From contig CAVZHI010000021.1 in the NCBI GenBank assembly GCA_963775015.1, positions 38,143-102,142 of the forward strand: DNA of 64,000 bases, in the 5' to 3' direction. The stretch comes from an uncultured beta proteobacterium (GTDB taxonomy: Bacteria > Pseudomonadota > Gammaproteobacteria > Burkholderiales > Burkholderiaceae_C). Below are positions 60,405 through 64,000 of this stretch, in pieces (positions within the stretch are counted from its first letter, which is position 1; each line of letters starts with the position of its first letter). Below the pieces are notes generated by a model. It did not search any database. It had not been told where the DNA came from and saw only the letters and a program-made list of their open reading frames with translations. The translations under genes were made by a program, and so were the position numbers.

Positions 60405-61637
60405 TCAGCCATCCTGAAACGCCTCCTTGGACTTGAGCATCGGCCGCAGCAAATAGCTCATCACGCTGCGCTCGCCGGTCCGCACTTCGACCGAGCCCGT
60501 CATGCCGGGCATCACGGGCAGCGGCTTGCCGTGCGCCATGAGCGTCGACGAGTCGGTGCGAACGAGGGCGCGGTAGTAGGTGGCGTCGGCGGCGCTGCCG
60601 CGTTCCGGGTCGCCGAGCGCGTCCGGGCTGATCGTCTCGATGCGGCCTTTCAGTCCGCCGTACATCGCGTAGTCGTACGCAGAGAGTTTGATCTCGACAC
60701 TCTGGCCGACGCGAACGAAGCCGATCGACGCGGGTTTGATCCGCGCCTCGATGAGCACCCGGTTGCCGAGCGGCACGATTTCCATCACCGGCGCGCCCGG
60801 CGCAATGACGCCGCCGATCGTCGCGATGCGGATGTTCTTCACCAGGCCGCGCACGGGGGACTTGAGCACGGTGCGGCGCAGCACGTCGGCGCGGCCGCTG
60901 ATCTGCTCGTTGACTTGCGCGAGCTCGGTCTGCACGCGAACCAGGTCGCTGCTCGCGTCCTGGCGAAAGCGGTTCACGCGCTCGGCGACCTGGAGCCGCA
61001 GGTCGTTCACCTGGCGCCGCAGGCGGATCACTTCGACGTTCGACATCAAGCCCTTGTCGGCCATGTTCTGCGCCAGGTCGAGCTCGCGCTGCAGCAGCGC
61101 AACGCTCAACTGCGTCGACGCGACCGCGTCCTGCAAGGAATGGCGTCGCGCCTGGTACGACGCGGTTTCGCCTTGCACGATGTCGGGGAGCGCCGCCACT
61201 TCGGGCGGGAACTTGAGCGCTCGCCCCGACGCTTCGGCGGTGAGGCGCGCGATCGTCGCCTGCAATGCGAGGCGTTTCGCCTGGCCTTCGTTCTGCTGCG
61301 CCTCGAAGCGCGTCGGGTCGATCAGCGCGAGGTCCTGGCCGGCGTCGACCTGCATGCCCTCGCGCACGAGCAGTTCGCGCAGGATGCCGCCCTCCAGGCT
61401 CGCGATCACTTGCTCGCGGCCGTCGGGAATGACGCGGGCGTCGGCGCGCGTGATGTCGTCGACGCGCGTCAGGCTCGCCCACGCGAGCGCTGCTCCGAGA
61501 ACGAGCGCGAGCAGGATCAGCGCCCAGCTCGTGCCCGGCGTTGCGTCGAGCACTTGCGCGGCGCGCAGCGGCGACAGGTAAGGCGCATCGCTGCGCAACG
61601 GTGCGCGTTCGGCATTGGACTTGTCGCGCCAGAACAT
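60405..61637 (-). CDS. HlyD-family type I secretion membrane-fusion protein
   Basis: Start at MFWRDKSNAERAPL (61637). A single N-terminal TM helix (WALILLALVLGAALAWASL), long coiled-coil segments, and a C-terminal beta-barrel region (...GMTGSVEVRTGERSVMSYLLRP). Confidence 0.85.
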   Translation of the reverse strand: MFWRDKSNAERAPLRSDAPYLSPLRAAQVLDATPGTSWALILLALVLGAALAWASLTRVDDITRADARVIPDGREQVIASLEGGILRELLVREGMQVDAGQDLALIDPTRFEAQQNEGQAKRLALQATIARLTAEASGRALKFPPEVAALPDIVQGETASYQARRHSLQDAVASTQLSVALLQRELDLAQNMADKGLMSNVEVIRLRRQVNDLRLQVAERVNRFRQDASSDLVRVQTELAQVNEQISGRADVLRRTVLKSPVRGLVKNIRIATIGGVIAPGAPVMEIVPLGNRVLIEARIKPASIGFVRVGQSVEIKLSAYDYAMYGGLKGRIETISPDALGDPERGSAADATYYRALVRTDSSTLMAHGKPLPVMPGMTGSVEVRTGERSVMSYLLRPMLKSKEAFQDG

Positions 61638-61688
61638 GGTCAGGACCTCGGCCCTTGAAGGCGATGCCGACCCTGACCCTCGAACCCC

Positions 61689-61860
61689 GTCATCCCGGCG
61701 AGTCCCGTCATCCCAGCAAGTCCCGTCATCCCGGCGAAGGCCGGGATCCACTGCCCGCCCTGGCGCAGTTTCCCAGCAGTGGATCCCGGCGTTCGCCGGG
61801 ATGACGGGGAACGGCGCGATGATGGGGAATGGCGCGATGACGGGGAATGGCGCGTTGACG
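61689..61860. repeat. REP-like inverted pair (61725-61751; 61779-61805) flanked by two 18-nt triplicated micro-repeats
   Basis: gtcatcccggcgagtccc / gtcatcccagcaagtccc / gtcatcccggcg... on the left. ggggaaYggcgcgatgaY three times on the right (61806-61860). Confidence 0.85.
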
Positions 61861-61916
61861 GCGGATACCGGTACGAAACTGGGGCCGGGATGAGAAGCGA
61901 GTCGAGCATGGCGTCA

Positions 61917-63998
61917 TCAAGCGGCTGCGTGCACAGGGACTTGTGCCGGCGCAGGCGCGCCGGGCCGGGGGGGTGCGATCGGTGGTGCGGTCGCTGGCGC
62001 GACGGGCGGCGCGGCGCCCGACAGCGCAGCGAGCACCAGGCTCTTCGGCCCGTCCAACGCCACCTTGCCGGCGTCGATGACGATCACGCGTTGCACGAGT
62101 TCGAGCACGGCAGGGCGGTGCGTCACGACGATCAGCGTGCGCTCGCCCACTGCCTCTTTCAACTGGCGCAGGAACTGGACTTCGCTTTGTGCGTCCATCG
62201 AGCTCGTCGGCTCGTCCATGAGCAGGATCTGCGGCCGCGTCACGAGGCAGCGCGCGAGCGCGACGAGCTGGCGCTGCCCGCCCGAGAGCATGCCGCCCAT
62301 TTCGCCCACGCTCAGGTCCCAGCCCCGCGGGTGCGCCGCGACCACGCGGTCCAGACCGGTCAGGCGCGCCACATGCGCGAGCTGCGTCGCGTCGACATTC
62401 GCGCGGCCCATCAGCACGTTGTCGCGCAGGCTGCCGTTGAACAGGCGCGGCTCCTGGGAGACGAAACCGACTCGGGCGCGAAAGTCCGCCGGGTCGATCT
62501 GCCGCAGGTCGATGCCGTCGGCCTGCACCATGCCTTCGGTGGGTTGGTAGAGCGATCCAAGCAGCCGCAACACGGTCGACTTGCCGCTGCCGATGCGGCC
62601 GAGGATCGCGACGCGCTCGCCCGGCGTGAACGCGAGGTTGACGTTTTTCAGGACGCGTGGCGACACGTCCGCGCCGACGTTCGGGTAGGCAAAACTCACG
62701 TCGTGCAAGGCGATCCGTCCGGTGATCTTGTGCTGCGCGACGTAAGCCTTGCCGGGTTCGCGCTCGGTCGGCAGATTCATCAAATGGTCGAGCGCGAGCA
62801 TCGCCGCGCGTGCGCCCTGGTAACGCGTCGCGAGGCTCACGACGCTGCCCAGGGGCGCGACGGCGCGGCCCGCGAACATCACGGCGCCGATCAGCGCGCC
62901 GGCGCTCACCGCGCCATCGCGGATCAGGTACACGCCCCAGACCAGCATCACGATCGTCACGAGCTGCTGCGCCGCTGCCGACAGGTTGTTCGTCCAGCTC
63001 GAGAGGAATCGCGCGCGCAGCGCAGTTTCGGCGGCCGCCGCGGTCGCGTTTTCGAAGCGGAACAGGAAGCTGCCTTGCGCGCCTGCGGCCTTCAGGTCTT
63101 CGAGTCCTTCGACGGCTTCGACGAGAACGCCTTGCAGGTCCGCCTGCTGCGCCATGTTCGCGCTCATCGTGCGGCGCAGGCGACCCTGGATCACTGCCGC
63201 CATGCCCAGGATGAGCGGGATCGCGATCACCATCACCCAACCGAGCGGCCCGGCGATGAGAAAAATCATCACGACGAAGAGCAGCACGAACGGCAAGTCG
63301 CTGATCGCCGAGAGCGTGGCCGAGGCGAAGAAGTCGCGCACGGTCTCGACTTGCGCCAGGTGGTGCGCGTAGGAACCGGCCGACGCCGGGCGGTGCTCCA
63401 TGCGCACGCCCAGGGTCTGGCGGAACATCAGCGAACCGATGATGAGGTCGGCCTTGCGCCCGGCGAGATCAATCAGGTAGCTGCGCAACTGGCGCGCGAG
63501 CAGGTCGAAGAGCAGGGCGAGCAGCGCGCCGCTCGCGAGCGCCCAGAGCGTGACGAATGCCTGGTGCGGAATCACCTTGTCGAACACGACCGAGGTGACG
63601 AGTCCGATGACGAGCATCAGCACGTTGCTGATGAACGCTGCGAGCAAGGCCGAGCGGTAATACGGAACGAAACGGCGCAGCGTTCCCCACAGCCAGTGGC
63701 TGCCGGGGTCGCGCAAGCCGGCGTCGCCAAAGGCCCCAGAAGCCGGCGCGATGAGAGGCGTGGCGACGAAGGCGAAGCCGGTGTACTCGGCCTGCAGCTC
63801 AGATTCATGCGCCTGCACGGCGACGTAGTGCTCGCCGGGCATCATCACTTCGTAGTGATCCGGCGCGCCGTCCAGGCGCCGCACGACGATGCACGCGTCG
63901 CCGTTTTTCAGCAGCAACACGGCGGGCAGCAGCAAGGAATGGATTTCGCCGATGCGGCGCTGGATCAGCCCGGCGTTGAAGCCGGCCTCGCGCAGCAC
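61917..63998 (-). CDS. Type I secretion ABC transporter (permease + ATPase) with N-terminal C39-peptidase-like domain; 5' end lies beyond the window
   Basis: 693 aa visible. The C39-like tail is ...LLPAVLLLKNGDACIVVRRLD. It has a six-TM core. Walker A GRIGSGKST, signature LSGGQRQL, Walker B LLMDEPTS. Confidence 0.85.
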   Translation of the reverse strand: MLREAGFNAGLIQRRIGEIHSLLLPAVLLLKNGDACIVVRRLDGAPDHYEVMMPGEHYVAVQAHESELQAEYTGFAFVATPLIAPASGAFGDAGLRDPGSHWLWGTLRRFVPYYRSALLAAFISNVLMLVIGLVTSVVFDKVIPHQAFVTLWALASGALLALLFDLLARQLRSYLIDLAGRKADLIIGSLMFRQTLGVRMEHRPASAGSYAHHLAQVETVRDFFASATLSAISDLPFVLLFVVMIFLIAGPLGWVMVIAIPLILGMAAVIQGRLRRTMSANMAQQADLQGVLVEAVEGLEDLKAAGAQGSFLFRFENATAAAAETALRARFLSSWTNNLSAAAQQLVTIVMLVWGVYLIRDGAVSAGALIGAVMFAGRAVAPLGSVVSLATRYQGARAAMLALDHLMNLPTEREPGKAYVAQHKITGRIALHDVSFAYPNVGADVSPRVLKNVNLAFTPGERVAILGRIGSGKSTVLRLLGSLYQPTEGMVQADGIDLRQIDPADFRARVGFVSQEPRLFNGSLRDNVLMGRANVDATQLAHVARLTGLDRVVAAHPRGWDLSVGEMGGMLSGGQRQLVALARCLVTRPQILLMDEPTSSMDAQSEVQFLRQLKEAVGERTLIVVTHRPAVLELVQRVIVIDAGKVALDGPKSLVLAALSGAAPPVAPATAPPIAPPRPGAPAPAQVPVHAAA

Positions 63999-64000
63999 GC

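Noticed and set aside
60164-61909. Small ORFs 60164..60412, 60193..60417, 61541..61804, 61615..61893 and 61640..61909 (also 20572..20766, 53376..53564, 49100..49429)
   Set aside because: They are translations of REP units (WIPAFAGMT, SSRRKPGST, HPGESRDP, VDPGFRRDD) in intergenic spacers, not genes.

Overview
High-GC proteobacterial chromosome segment; gene content and the repeat family suggest Burkholderiales (inference). It has three parts. (1) 0-27 kb is housekeeping or accessory metabolism: a LysR/cupin pair, a crotonase, an EamA exporter, and a long co-directional minus-strand array. That array holds a BMP-type nucleoside ABC importer, a yejABEF-like ABC importer with a duplicated and decaying binding-protein gene, and cdd, a purine nucleoside phosphorylase and deoC. 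A convergent add gene and a broken TonB receptor follow. (2) 27-38 kb is a late-flagellar locus: two tandem short flagellins, fliD, fliS, fliT and a ycgR-like PilZ brake, flanked by tailoring enzymes (PhyH dioxygenase, TylF O-methyltransferase, GT2-TPR, OGT-like GT41-TPR). (3) 38-64 kb is the most unusual part. It has two paralogous giant genes (about 7.8 kb and 3.4 kb) built almost entirely from an unbroken 8-residue (24-nt) repeat. In the first gene the repeat is organised into near-identical 576-bp higher-order units. Both share a Ca-loop C-terminal module and an identical tail. They are followed by a methyltransferase/glycosyltransferase/amidotransferase block, a second GT41-TPR, a decayed toxin-antitoxin remnant and a complete ABC-MFP-OMP type I secretion operon. 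A 27-nt palindromic REP-like element litters the intergenic spaces and fuses neighbouring ORFs in frame. Many genes carry single-base frame disruptions, so sequence quality versus real pseudogenisation is unresolved. No rRNA, tRNA, CRISPR, integrase or transposase was seen by eye.
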